Part shown: positions 9,865 through 19,111 of the stretch, piece after piece | Layout of the letters: the number at the start of each line of letters is the position of its first letter | Numbering within the stretch: the first letter of the stretch is position 1 | From: Acidimicrobiales bacterium | GTDB taxonomy: Bacteria; Actinomycetota; Acidimicrobiia; Acidimicrobiales; Aldehydirespiratoraceae | Reading direction: 5' to 3' | Assembly: GCA_047515615.1 (NCBI GenBank) | Contig: JAKZWH010000024.1 | Coordinates: 1 to 29,718, forward strand | Length of the DNA stretch: 29,718 bases | Notes under the pieces: model-generated | Told to the model about the DNA's origin: nothing | Database searches by the model: none | Seen by the model: only the letters and a program-made list of their open reading frames with translations | Made by a program: the position numbers and the translations under genes

Positions 9865-11342
9865 TGCGCGAGCGTCTGGGCGATCACGGCGGGCTGGCCG
9901 CCCTCGTCGCCCTGCTGGCGCTGATCGGCGTGTTCGCCGGAGCGAGCTGGGTGGTGATCATCCTGTTGCTGGTCGCCATGCTGTTCATGCACGAGCTCGG
10001 CCACTACCTCACCGCCCGCCTGACGGGCATGAAGGTCAGCGAGTTCTTCATCGGATTCGGCCCGCGCGTCTGGTCCTTCCGCCGCGGCGAGACGGAATAC
10101 GGAATCAAGGCCGTCTGGGTGGGCGCTTACGTGCGCATCGAGGGGATGAACAACCTCGAGGAGGTGGACCCACGCGACGAGCCCCGCAGCTTCCGGCAGA
10201 AGAGCTACCCAAGGAAGCTGCTCGTGCTGACGGCGGGGTCCGGCATGCACTTCGTCGTCGCGCTGGCGCTGCTGTTCGCGCTCCTCACTCTGGACGGGAG
10301 CTTGTCAGTCGGTGCCATCTCCGAGGCAGACGAGGTCGGGGAGTGGACGTTGGCCACTGTCTCGGTCGACAGCGCGGCCTCCGCCGCGGGCCTGCGGCCC
10401 GGCGACGAGCTGATCTCGGTCGCGGGCTTGGGCCGGACGACCTTCGCTGACTTCTCGCGCCAGGTCCAGCAGCTCCCGGGCGCGGAGGTGGAGGTGGTTT
10501 TCTGGCGCGACGGGGTGACGCACACCGCCGTGACGCGGATCGGCGAGCGTCTCACCGCTGCCGGCGCGGCGGGGATCGTCGGGTTGATCCAGGGTGACCG
10601 GATCCTCGCCGTCGAGGGGCTCCAATCCGATGGCGCCCCGACCTATGCCGAGGTGGCCGCGCACGCGCGCCACCGGCTGGGCCAGCCGATGGACATAACC
10701 ATTGTCGACACTCGAACGGGCCGGCCGGTGGTGGTGGAGGGCGCGATGATCAACGAGCTCGTCGATCCCTCGTCTGGGGTCATGGGCTTCTTCGGGGTCT
10801 CCGCCGACTACCGCAACCCACCGCTGGGAGTGGTGCAGGCCACCGGCGAGTCGGTGCGCCTGCTGGCCACCACCGTGCGCGACGTGGTCTTCGCCATCCC
10901 CAGCATCGTGACGGGCGGATTCGGCGGCACGCTGGACGGTCTGGGGGGCGGCGATCCGGCCGCGCCCAGCGCCGAGACGGTGCGCGAGCTCGAAGTCCGG
11001 CGCCTCGACGGGTCCCATCCGGACGAGAACCGGATCCTCTCGATCTACGGTGTGGCCCGGATCGGCGCGGAGGCGGCCTCCGATGGGGCGTCTCAGGTGC
11101 TGCTGCTGGTGGTGTACGTCAACATCTTCCTCGGAGTGTTCAACCTGCTGCCGCTGCTGCCCCTCGACGGGGGCCACGTGGTTGTGGCCACCTACGAGCG
11201 CATCCGCTCCATCGGTGGGCGCTCCCACCGGGTGGACGCGGCCCGGCTCCTGCCGCTCACCTACGCCGTGGTGGCGCTGCTGCTGCTGGTCGGTGGCGTG
11301 GCGCTGGTGCGCGACATATTCGACCCGGTCAGCTTCGGCTGA
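9864..11342 (+). CDS. rseP: M50 site-2 zinc metalloprotease (RseP/Rip1 type) with PDZ region
   Basis: HELGH, FFIGFGP, PDZ-like AGLRPGDELISVAG, NLLPLLPLDGGH. Start moved from 9762 to the ATG overlapping the dxr stop (TGATG). Confidence 0.93.
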   Translation: MRERLGDHGGLAALVALLALIGVFAGASWVVIILLLVAMLFMHELGHYLTARLTGMKVSEFFIGFGPRVWSFRRGETEYGIKAVWVGAYVRIEGMNNLEEVDPRDEPRSFRQKSYPRKLLVLTAGSGMHFVVALALLFALLTLDGSLSVGAISEADEVGEWTLATVSVDSAASAAGLRPGDELISVAGLGRTTFADFSRQVQQLPGAEVEVVFWRDGVTHTAVTRIGERLTAAGAAGIVGLIQGDRILAVEGLQSDGAPTYAEVAAHARHRLGQPMDITIVDTRTGRPVVVEGAMINELVDPSSGVMGFFGVSADYRNPPLGVVQATGESVRLLATTVRDVVFAIPSIVTGGFGGTLDGLGGGDPAAPSAETVRELEVRRLDGSHPDENRILSIYGVARIGAEAASDGASQVLLLVVYVNIFLGVFNLLPLLPLDGGHVVVATYERIRSIGGRSHRVDAARLLPLTYAVVALLLLVGGVALVRDIFDPVSFG

Positions 11343-11456
11343 GAGGCCGAGCGGGTAGGCCGCACCCACGAGAGTTCCGCAAGGGCACGCAGTGAGGCCG
11401 TGGCCCGAGCGGCCCGTGAGCGCAGCGAACAAGAGCGGGAACAGAGGCCGAGCGGG
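11337..11456 (+). repeat. Dispersed intergenic element, copy 1
   Basis: Core 11394-11441 (gaggccgtggcccgagcggcccgtgagcgcagcgaacaagagcgggaa) is identical to 28155-28202, and the flanks align. Internal direct repeat agaggccgagcggg at 11342-11355 and 11443-11456. Confidence 0.9.
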
Positions 11457-11490
11457 CAGACGGCACACCGGTCGCAGGTAGGATCGACCT

Positions 11491-12732
11491 GTGCAGGTGA
11501 CTTCGAGGTTCCCGCGGCGAGCCACACGGCAGATCATGGTCGGGGCGGTGCCGGTGGGCGGGGGCGCGCCGGTGTCCGTGCAGTCGATGACGGTTACCAA
11601 GACGGCCGACTACGAGGCCACCCTGCAGCAGATCTACGCGCTGGCGGCCGCGGGCGCCGACATTGTGCGCTGCACCTGCAACCGGCCCGAGGCCGCCGAG
11701 GGGCTGGCCCGGATCGTGCCCCGCTCGCCGGTGCCCATCGTGGCCGACATCCACAACAACCACCGCATGGCGCTGGCCGCGCTGGAGGCCGGGGTGCACT
11801 GCCTGCGGCTCAATCCAGGCAACATCCGCAGGCCCGAGCACATCAAGGCGGTGGCGCGTGAATGCCGGGACCGGGGCGTTCCCATCCGCATCGGAGTCAA
11901 CGGAGGGTCGCTCGATCCCGACCTCTACCACCCGGAGCTGGGAGTTACGCCCGAGGCGATGGTGGCCTCCGCGATGCGGGAGCTCGCCTACTTCGACGAC
12001 GTCGGATTCGATCTGGTGAAGATCTCGGTGAAGGCGTCGAGCGTTCCGCTCATGATCGAGGCCTACCGCCAGCTCGCCGAGACGACCGACCATCCGCTGC
12101 ATCTCGGCGTGACCGAGGCCGGGCCCCCGCCTGCCGGGACCATCAAGTCGACGGCTGGGATCGCCGCGCTGCTGGCCGAGGGCATCGGCGACACGATCCG
12201 CTATTCGCTCACCACCGACCCGGTTGAGGAGGCCCGGGCCGGCCGGAAGCTGCTGGAGGCTATGGGACTGCGGGAGCGCCGCAACGTCGATCTGATTGCC
12301 TGCCCCAGCTGCGGGCGGGCCGAGGTGGACGTCTTCGGCATCGCCCAGCGGGCGATGGACGCCTTCGGCGAGCGTGAGATACCTCTGCAGGTGGCCGTGA
12401 TGGGCTGCGTCGTGAACGGTCCGGGCGAGGCCCGCGACGCCGACCTCGGCATCGCGGCAGGAAATCGCCGGGGACACCTCTTTGTGAAGGGTGAGAACGT
12501 GGCTGTCGTCGCTGAGGACGAGATGGTGGACGCCCTGGTGGAATGGGCCGAGTTCATCTGCGAGCACGGCTCTGAGGCCGCACTGGAGCGGGCCAAGGAG
12601 ACACGAGCCTCGGCCCGGCGGGCGGCTGAGGAGGATCGGCGTCGCAATCTCGACGATCTCGGGGATGACGCCAACAACTCGGAGGCGGTGGTGGCGGGCA
12701 TCCGGCGCAAGAGCCGCTCCGCTAGCCCGTAG
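11491..12732 (+). CDS. ispG: 4-hydroxy-3-methylbut-2-en-1-yl diphosphate synthase
   Basis: VSVQSMT, LRLNPGNI, HPLHLGVTEAG, IGDTIRYSLT, 4Fe-4S ligands CPSCGR and GCVVNGPGEA. Start is GTG 11491 or 11497. Confidence 0.98.
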   Translation: MQVTSRFPRRATRQIMVGAVPVGGGAPVSVQSMTVTKTADYEATLQQIYALAAAGADIVRCTCNRPEAAEGLARIVPRSPVPIVADIHNNHRMALAALEAGVHCLRLNPGNIRRPEHIKAVARECRDRGVPIRIGVNGGSLDPDLYHPELGVTPEAMVASAMRELAYFDDVGFDLVKISVKASSVPLMIEAYRQLAETTDHPLHLGVTEAGPPPAGTIKSTAGIAALLAEGIGDTIRYSLTTDPVEEARAGRKLLEAMGLRERRNVDLIACPSCGRAEVDVFGIAQRAMDAFGEREIPLQVAVMGCVVNGPGEARDADLGIAAGNRRGHLFVKGENVAVVAEDEMVDALVEWAEFICEHGSEAALERAKETRASARRAAEEDRRRNLDDLGDDANNSEAVVAGIRRKSRSASP

Positions 12733-12738
12733 CCCGGG

Positions 12739-12853
12739 TATACTTCCCGACACGTTCGATTCTCTGGAAGCGGCGTGGGCTGGTGCCCACGCCGTTGCCG
12801 GTTTCGGGCCCACATTCGAGCAGCACCCCGAGAGCAGAATCCCAGGGAATATT
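12739..12853 (+). promoter_or_regulatory. rimP-nusA-infB promoter (-10 TATACT at 12739-12744) and rimP leader hairpin
   Basis: Perfect 10-bp stem cggcgtgggc-tggt-gcccacgccg (12771-12794). This fits the GGGC...GCCC hairpin described upstream of rimP in many bacteria. Confidence 0.65.
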
Positions 12854-13357
12854 ATGGCGATCGCCGATCTCGTCCGCGAACTTGTTGCCCCGCTGGCTGA
12901 GGCCGCCTCGGTTGACCTCTACGACGTAGAGCACCACGGAGGCACGGTGCGAGTCCTCGTCGACACCGACGGGGGCATCGATTTGGCCGTCATCGCCCGG
13001 CTGTCGCGGTCGGTAGGCCGCGCCCTTGACGAGCACGATCTCATTCCGGGTCGGTACACGCTGGAGGTGTCGAGCCCGGGCTTGGAGCGCCCCCTGCGCA
13101 CGGTCGACCACTTCCGCCGGGCCGCGGGCTCCGAGGTGAGACTCAAAACCCGCCCCGGCTTCGAGGGGCCCCGCCGGCTGACCGGGGTGCTGGAGGCCGT
13201 GGCCGACGACGGTGTCGACCTGCGGGGCGATGACGGCCAGGTGAGCCGCATCGCCTTCGAGCAGTTGGCCTCGGCCCGTACCGTCTTCGCGTGGGGCCCG
13301 CGCCGCGACGATCCACGAGAGTCCCAACCACGAGCCCACGCTGAGGAGAAGCCATGA
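12854..13357 (+). CDS. rimP: Ribosome maturation factor RimP
   Basis: DLYDVE, VRVLVDTDGGIDL, YTLEVSSPGLERPLR. Start moved from 12491 to ATG 12854. Confidence 0.95.
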   Translation: MAIADLVRELVAPLAEAASVDLYDVEHHGGTVRVLVDTDGGIDLAVIARLSRSVGRALDEHDLIPGRYTLEVSSPGLERPLRTVDHFRRAAGSEVRLKTRPGFEGPRRLTGVLEAVADDGVDLRGDDGQVSRIAFEQLASARTVFAWGPRRDDPRESQPRAHAEEKP

Positions 13358-14526
13358 ACACAGAGATGATGGAGGCGCTGCAGGCGATGGCGGCCGAGCG
13401 GGGCATCACGGTCGACGCTCTGTACTCGGCCCTGGCCGATGCCCTGGAGTCGGCCTACAAGCGGATGCCCGACGCCAAGGAGTATGCCTGGGTGACGATC
13501 GATCCCACCAGCTTGGAGTTCCGCGTGCTGGCCCAGGACCTGGACGCCGACGGCAACCCGGTCGGCGAGGAGTACGAGGTAACGCCGGGCAACTTCGGGC
13601 GCATCGCGGCCCAGACCGCCCGCCAGGTCATGACCCAGCGCATCCGCGAGGCGGAGCGGGAGCTCAAGTACGAGGAGTACGCGGGCCGCGAGGGGGACAT
13701 CGTCACCGGCATGATCCAGCAAACGGACGCCCGCTACACCCTCCTCGACCTGGGGAGAGTCGAGGCCCTGCTGCCCCAGGCGGAGCAGGTCCCCTACGAG
13801 CGCCCCGACTCCAACACCCGGCTCAAGGCCTACATCGTGGAGGTCCGCAAGACGGCCAAGGGGCCCCAGATAGTGGTCAGCCGCACCCATCCCGGACTGG
13901 TGAAGCGGCTGTTCGAGCTAGAGGTCCCCGAGATCGCGGACGGCGTAGTGGAGATCAAGGCGTGCGCGCGCGAGCCGGGCCACCGCACCAAGATCGCAGT
14001 GTCCTCCAACGACCCGAACGTCGATCCGGTGGGCGCGTGCGTGGGGGCTAGGGGAGCAAGGGTCCGCCAGGTCGTCAACGAACTGCGCGGCGAGAAGATC
14101 GACATCGTCCCTTACAACAGCGAGCTCGAGGAGTTCGTCACCAAGGCGCTGTCGCCGGCGAGGATCAAGGAGGTCCGCCCCAACGAGCTGACCGGCGACT
14201 GCGACGTGATCGTCCCCGACTACCAGCTCTCTCTCGCCATCGGCAAGGAGGGCCAGAACGCTCGCCTGGCCAGCCGGCTCACCGGCTGGGGAATCAACAT
14301 CAAGAGCGAGACCCAGCTGGCCGAGGAGGCGGCCTACGGCGACGTGGAATGGGCCGAGGGAGAGTGGATCACCGACCCCGCCACGGGAGAGCAGCTGTGG
14401 CGGCCTGCTGACGGCGGCGAGGCTGTCAGCGCCCAGGCCTGGGCCGCGGCCGCGGCCCAGGACCGGGCCGAAGCCTCCAATGCCAAGAGGGCCGTGATCC
14501 GGGCGGAGCGGGCGGAGAGGGTCTGA
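13354..14526 (+). CDS. nusA: Transcription termination/antitermination factor NusA
   Basis: FGRIAAQTARQV, SRTHPGLVKRLFELEVPEI, AREPGHRTKIAV, DPVGACVGARG, LAIGKEGQNARLA. ATGA overlap with rimP. Confidence 0.98.
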   Translation: MNTEMMEALQAMAAERGITVDALYSALADALESAYKRMPDAKEYAWVTIDPTSLEFRVLAQDLDADGNPVGEEYEVTPGNFGRIAAQTARQVMTQRIREAERELKYEEYAGREGDIVTGMIQQTDARYTLLDLGRVEALLPQAEQVPYERPDSNTRLKAYIVEVRKTAKGPQIVVSRTHPGLVKRLFELEVPEIADGVVEIKACAREPGHRTKIAVSSNDPNVDPVGACVGARGARVRQVVNELRGEKIDIVPYNSELEEFVTKALSPARIKEVRPNELTGDCDVIVPDYQLSLAIGKEGQNARLASRLTGWGINIKSETQLAEEAAYGDVEWAEGEWITDPATGEQLWRPADGGEAVSAQAWAAAAAQDRAEASNAKRAVIRAERAERV

Positions 14527-14810
14527 GCCCCGTTCGCACCTGCATCGGCTGCCGCACTAGCCGGCCCAGCGCGGAGTTGCGGCGCGTGCGCATGGACGCG
14601 GGCGGCGCTCTGCGGCTCGGTCCCGGGGCGGGGCGCGGTGCCTGGCTGTGCGACGATATCGCCTGCTTTGATGCGGCCCGGCGCCGTCGAGCGTTTGCGC
14701 GGGCCTTCCGGGCTGATGTTGAGCCGGTCGAGATCGATAGGCTTCAACAAGCGTGGCTGTCGCGTCCGGGGGACGCTCCCGTGCCCGGCAGCCGCGCGGC
14801 ACAGTCCTGA
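14523..14810 (+). CDS. ylxR: YlxR/DUF448 (RnpM) family protein, probable CTG start
   Basis: Hand translation LSPVRTCIGCR...ELRRVR...GRGAWLC...CFDAARRRRAFARAF matches YlxR. It lies between nusA and infB. The ORF track starts at 14577 and misses the N-terminal CxxC. Confidence 0.85.
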   Translation: MSPVRTCIGCRTSRPSAELRRVRMDAGGALRLGPGAGRGAWLCDDIACFDAARRRRAFARAFRADVEPVEIDRLQQAWLSRPGDAPVPGSRAAQS

Positions 14811-14822
14811 AGGGGGCACGCT

Positions 14823-17705
14823 TTGGCAGGGAAGATCCGCGTCCATGAGCTCGCCAAAGAGTTCGGGTTGACCAATCAGGAGACGCTCGAACTCTGCGTC
14901 GCGCTCAGCATCGGGGTCAAGTCCCACTCCTCAAGCATTGTCGAAGCCCAAGCCGACCGCGTCCGGCGAAGGGCAGAGCGCGACGGTCTGCTGAAGCCGC
15001 CGCCCCCGCCGCCCCCGCCGCCGGTGGTCGAATACGCAGAGCCGCCGCCCCCGCCGCCGGTGGTCGAATACGCAGAGCCGCCGGCGGCGCTGCCGGTGGT
15101 CGAATACGCAGAGCCGCCGCCGGTGGTCGAATACGCAGAGCCGCCGCCCCCGCCGCCGGTGGTCGAGCCTGTCCGTGCCCAGCCCGCCGCGGCCAGGAGG
15201 CCGCCGCCCCCGCCGACCGAGAGCCCAGCCGTCTTGCGGCCCGACAAGCCTGATCAGCAGGAGCATAAGCGGGCCGCGCCGCTGGCCGGCTCCGATGGAC
15301 CACGGGTGGTGAAGGCCCCTCCGGCCGCGGCCAGGACGAGAGAGAGCGCGCCCAGACCCCGGGTGACGATCTCCTCGAGCGGCAGCGTCGCCCCGGCCAA
15401 GCGTGTCGTCCGAGACGAACCCCAGCCCGCGGCCGAAGAGCCGCCACCGTATAGGCAGGCTGGTCAGAGGGCGCCCGCCAGTGCCCCTCCGGCCCGGTCC
15501 CTAAGATCGGGGAGCCCGCCGGTCTCGCGTTCGGGCAAACCCATCCCGCCCCCTCCTCCGCCGCGCCGCATGCACCCGCCTCCCTCTCCGGGCGGCCAGG
15601 CGCGGCCCAGCGGCCGGCCCGGCGAGCGCCGGCCCGGAGGTCCGGCTGCGCGTCCGACGGGGTCCCGACCCCCGGGCGGGCCCGATCGCGGCGCGGGCCC
15701 TCGCCGCGGCGCGCCCGCTGGGGCTCCTCGCCCTCTCGGCGGGCCGCGTCCCGGAGCGCCCGGACCCGGGGGCCGCCCCGCCGGCAGAGGCGGTCCCGGC
15801 GGCGCGCAGCGGCGCCCGCCCCGACGCAAGAGCCGTCGGCGCCGGGTGCGCGAAGAGCTCCAGCCGCTGGACATCCCGGCCTACACGCCGCGTCATGCGG
15901 CTGTACCGGAGGGCGTGGTGGTGGTCGAACGGGCCTCGGCGGCCCAGGACTTCGGTCCCAAACTGAACCGCACCGCCGCCGATGTGGTCCGCTTCCTCAT
16001 GCAGCACGGCGAGATGGTCACCGCCACCCAGTCGCTGAGTGACGAGATGATGGAGCTGTTCGCGGCGGAGATCGGCGCCGAGATCAGGCTTGTCGATCCG
16101 GGCGAGGAGCAGGAGGCCGGGCTCCGCAAGCTCCTCGGCATCGAGGGCGACGCCGACGACACCGACGAGCTTGCGCAGCTTCGGCCTCCCGTAGTGACGA
16201 TCATGGGCCATGTGGACCATGGCAAGACCCTGCTGCTGGATCGCATCCGCGACACCAATGTGGTCGACGGCGAGGCGGGCGGGATCACTCAGCACATCGG
16301 CGCCTACCAGGTCGAGCGCAACGGCCGGACTGTCACGTTCATAGACACTCCGGGCCACGAGGCGTTCACTGCGATGCGGGCCCGGGGCGCGAGCGCCACC
16401 GACATCGTGGTTCTGGTGGTGGCGGCTGACGACGGCGTGATGCCCCAGACGGTAGAGGCCATCAACCACGCCAAGGCTGCCGACGTTCCCATCGTTGTGG
16501 CCGTTAACAAGATCGACCGACCGAACGCCGACACGCAGAGGACGGTGGCTGGGGTGGCCGAGCAGGGACTGGTTCCCGAAGTCTGGGGCGGGGACACGAT
16601 CTACTGCGAGATCTCGGCCCTGACCGGCCAAGGCATCGATGAGCTGCTGGATCAGATTCTGCTGTTGGCCGAGGTCGAGGAGTTCCGAGCTTCGCCGGAG
16701 GGCCGAGCGGGAGGTGTCGTGCTCGAGTCGAACCTCGACACCGGGCTGGGTCCCGTGGCCACCGTGCTGGTGCAGCGGGGAACGCTGCGGGTGGGCGACC
16801 CGGTGGTCGCGGGAGCGGCCTGGGGCCGGGTCCGGGCCCTGCTCGACGAGCGGGGCCAGAACGTCGGCGCGGCTCCGCCGTCCGCACCGGTCCAGGTCCT
16901 GGGCCTGTCGGAGGTCGCGATCGCGGGCGACGCCTTCGTGGTGGCTCCCAACGAGAAGATCGCGGGCCGGGTGGCCGACACCCGTGAGCACTGGCAGCGG
17001 CTGTCGAGCCTGGGCCGCGAGGCGCACGCCCTGTCGGGAGGGGCCAAGCTCGAGGACATCTTCACCCGGATCCAGCGGGGCGAGACCGCCACTCTGAACA
17101 CCATCGTGAAGGCCGATGTGAACGGCTCGCTCGAGGCCGTGACCGAGAGCCTGCGCAAGCTCGGGACCGGGGATGTCCGCATCGCCATCGTGCACCGCGG
17201 CGTCGGGGGCATCACCGAGAACGACATCCAGCTGGCCTCGGCCTCGAACTCCACCATGATCGGGTTCAATGTCCGACCCGACCGCAAGGCTCGCGAGGCC
17301 GCCGCCGCCGAGAACGTGGAGATCCGCACCTACGAGATCATCTACAAGCTCCTTGAGGACGTGACCGCGGCGATGGTCGGGATGCTTGCCCCCGAGATCG
17401 AGGAGGTCGTGACGGGCGAGGCCGAGGTGCGTCAGGTCTTCCGCATCCCCCGCGTGGGTGCGGTGGCGGGCTGCTACGTGCAGAACGGCACGATCACCAG
17501 GGGATCCGGTGTGCGGTTCCTGCGCGATCAGACGATCATCTGGAAGGGGACCATCACTTCGCTCAAGCGCTTCTCCGAAGATGTCCGCGAGGTTCACTCC
17601 GGTTTCGAGTGCGGCATAGGCCTGAGCAACTTCCAGGACCTCAAAGCGGGCGACATCATCGAGACCTACACCGAGCGCGAGGTGGCTCGAACCCTCTTGG
17701 AGTGA
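14823..17705 (+). CDS. infB: Translation initiation factor IF-2
   Basis: [11 protein letters not shown]-domain, [47 protein letters not shown] start with AGGGGG upstream. Confidence 0.99.
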   Translation: MAGKIRVHELAKEFGLTNQETLELCVALSIGVKSHSSSIVEAQADRVRRRAERDGLLKPPPPPPPPPVVEYAEPPPPPPVVEYAEPPAALPVVEYAEPPPVVEYAEPPPPPPVVEPVRAQPAAARRPPPPPTESPAVLRPDKPDQQEHKRAAPLAGSDGPRVVKAPPAAARTRESAPRPRVTISSSGSVAPAKRVVRDEPQPAAEEPPPYRQAGQRAPASAPPARSLRSGSPPVSRSGKPIPPPPPPRRMHPPPSPGGQARPSGRPGERRPGGPAARPTGSRPPGGPDRGAGPRRGAPAGAPRPLGGPRPGAPGPGGRPAGRGGPGGAQRRPPRRKSRRRRVREELQPLDIPAYTPRHAAVPEGVVVVERASAAQDFGPKLNRTAADVVRFLMQHGEMVTATQSLSDEMMELFAAEIGAEIRLVDPGEEQEAGLRKLLGIEGDADDTDELAQLRPPVVTIMGHVDHGKTLLLDRIRDTNVVDGEAGGITQHIGAYQVERNGRTVTFIDTPGHEAFTAMRARGASATDIVVLVVAADDGVMPQTVEAINHAKAADVPIVVAVNKIDRPNADTQRTVAGVAEQGLVPEVWGGDTIYCEISALTGQGIDELLDQILLLAEVEEFRASPEGRAGGVVLESNLDTGLGPVATVLVQRGTLRVGDPVVAGAAWGRVRALLDERGQNVGAAPPSAPVQVLGLSEVAIAGDAFVVAPNEKIAGRVADTREHWQRLSSLGREAHALSGGAKLEDIFTRIQRGETATLNTIVKADVNGSLEAVTESLRKLGTGDVRIAIVHRGVGGITENDIQLASASNSTMIGFNVRPDRKAREAAAAENVEIRTYEIIYKLLEDVTAAMVGMLAPEIEEVVTGEAEVRQVFRIPRVGAVAGCYVQNGTITRGSGVRFLRDQTIIWKGTITSLKRFSEDVREVHSGFECGIGLSNFQDLKAGDIIETYTEREVARTLLE
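15021..15166 (+). repeat. In-frame tandem repeat in infB (PVVEYAEPP, 4 copies plus a partial)
   Basis: The 27-mer ccggtggtcgaatacgcagagccgccg starts at 15021, 15057, 15093 and 15120, with a partial copy at 15156. Spacings are 36, 36, 27, 36. Confidence 0.95.
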
Positions 17706-17732
17706 GGGTCGGCACGCGGTCCGAGACAACCG

Positions 17733-18128
17733 ATGACACGACGAACGAGACGCATCCAGCCCGACTACCGGGCCGGCCACCGCACCGCCCGGGTGGGCGA
17801 ACTCATCAGGCGCATTGTCGCCGAGTCCATGGAGCAACTGGACGACGACCGGCTGGCCCTGGTGTCGGTGACAGCCGTGGATGTGGACCGTGAGCTGCAC
17901 CGTGCCGTGGTGTGGTTCACGTCGCTGGGCGACACCGATGAGGGCGACGTCGACATAGCCGAGGCCTTCGAGGAACACGCCAGCGGACTGCGGCGCGCCG
18001 TCGGGGACCAGGCCCGGCTGCGGCGCACACCCGAGCTGGTGTTCCGCCCCGACACCGTGCTGCGCTCGGCCGAGCGCATCGAGAGGCTGCTCGACGGTAT
18101 GGCCGGCGCCGCGGGTCCGGAGAGCTGA
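17733..18128 (+). CDS. rbfA: Ribosome-binding factor A
   Basis: RTARVGELIRRIV, VSVTAVDVDRELHRAVVW, LRRTPELVFRPD. Confidence 0.95.
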   Translation: MTRRTRRIQPDYRAGHRTARVGELIRRIVAESMEQLDDDRLALVSVTAVDVDRELHRAVVWFTSLGDTDEGDVDIAEAFEEHASGLRRAVGDQARLRRTPELVFRPDTVLRSAERIERLLDGMAGAAGPES

Positions 18129-18172
18129 CGGTGCTCCATGGCATGGCTGGCGCCGCGGGTCCCGACAGCTGA
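18099..18172 (+). repeat. 30-nt direct repeat of the rbfA 3' end
   Basis: atggccggcgccgcgggtccggagagctga (18099-18128) and atggctggcgccgcgggtcccgacagctga (18143-18172), 27/30 identical. Confidence 0.9.
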
Positions 18173-19038
18173 TGCTGCTTGACGGGATCGCAGTCATAGA
18201 CAAGCCGGCGGAGTGGACTAGCCACGACGTGGTGGCCAAGGCGAGGGGCGTGCTGGGCACCCGCAAGGTGGGGCACAGCGGCACCCTTGATCCCGACGCC
18301 ACCGGGGTGCTCGTGCTCGGAGTCGGCCGGGCGACCCGGCTGCTGCGGTTCCTCACCGAGCTGCCCAAGAGCTACGAGGCGGAGATTGTGCTCGGGGTCG
18401 AGACCGACACCCTCGATTCGGCGGGACGGGTGACGGCACGCCACCGGATGGACGGCGTGAGCGAGACGCAGGCGCGCCAGGCGGTCGCCTCGTTGACCGG
18501 CGACATCCTTCAGGTGCCGCCCATGGTCTCGGCAGTGAAGGTGGGAGGGCGGAGGCTCTACGAGCTGGCTAGGGAGGGTGTGGAGGTGGAGCGCCAGGCG
18601 CGGCCCGTCACCGTCCACCGCTTCGAGGTGGCCTCAGTGCCAGGCCGCGATGGCGTGCTCCGCGCCGCCGTGGACTGCTCGTCGGGCACCTACGTGCGGG
18701 TGCTTGCCGCGGACCTGGGCCGGGCGCTAGGAGGGGGCGCCCATTTGAGATGCCTCCGCCGCACCGCGGTGGGAGGCTTCGGGCTGGCGGAGGCCCGTCC
18801 GGTGGAGTCGCCCGAGGTCCTGCCGATGTCGAGAGCCGTTGAGCATTTTCCCGGTGTGCGGGTGGGTCCCGCAGTGGCTGCGGATGTGGCCCACGGCCGG
18901 GTTCTGGACCTCGACCGCCTGGGCGCGGCGGGCGCCGGCCCGTGGGCGGTGCACGACTCCGAGGGCGGGCTGCTCGCCGTCTACGAGCCGTTCCGAGAGG
19001 GCGCCAAGCCGGCGGTGGTGGTGGCGGGTGTGAGGTAG
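18172..19038 (+). CDS. truB: tRNA pseudouridine(55) synthase
   Basis: IDKPAEWTSHDVV, KVGHSGTLDPDATG with catalytic Asp, QVPPMVSAVKVGGRRLYELAR, CSSGTYVR, LRRTAVG. Confidence 0.97.
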   Translation: MLLDGIAVIDKPAEWTSHDVVAKARGVLGTRKVGHSGTLDPDATGVLVLGVGRATRLLRFLTELPKSYEAEIVLGVETDTLDSAGRVTARHRMDGVSETQARQAVASLTGDILQVPPMVSAVKVGGRRLYELAREGVEVERQARPVTVHRFEVASVPGRDGVLRAAVDCSSGTYVRVLAADLGRALGGGAHLRCLRRTAVGGFGLAEARPVESPEVLPMSRAVEHFPGVRVGPAVAADVAHGRVLDLDRLGAAGAGPWAVHDSEGGLLAVYEPFREGAKPAVVVAGVR

Positions 19039-19111
19039 AGAACCGGCCTCGGTAGCCTCACACGAGCCGGCTCAGGGCCCGGAACACTCACTATTCGCGC
19101 TGGAGGCGTCT

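Noticed and set aside
11337-11456. Dispersed element as a CRISPR, tRNA or coding sequence (ORFs 11400-11861 and 27957-28193)
   Set aside because: No repeat-spacer array and no cloverleaf. The shared peptide ARAARERSEQERE appears only because unrelated shadow ORFs cross the repeat.
15021-15166. infB repeat as a CRISPR array
   Set aside because: Spacers are 0-9 nt, all periods keep the reading frame, it lies inside an essential CDS, and no cas genes are present.
15501-18368. 955-aa minus-strand ORF and other long antisense or alternate-frame ORFs (for example 1771-2802, 4867-6093, 11329-12813, 20300-21883, 20581-22332, 26970-28289, 28230-29231)
   Set aside because: They overlap genes with clear family motifs, have no motifs of their own, and are the expected shadows of high-GC3 coding sequence.
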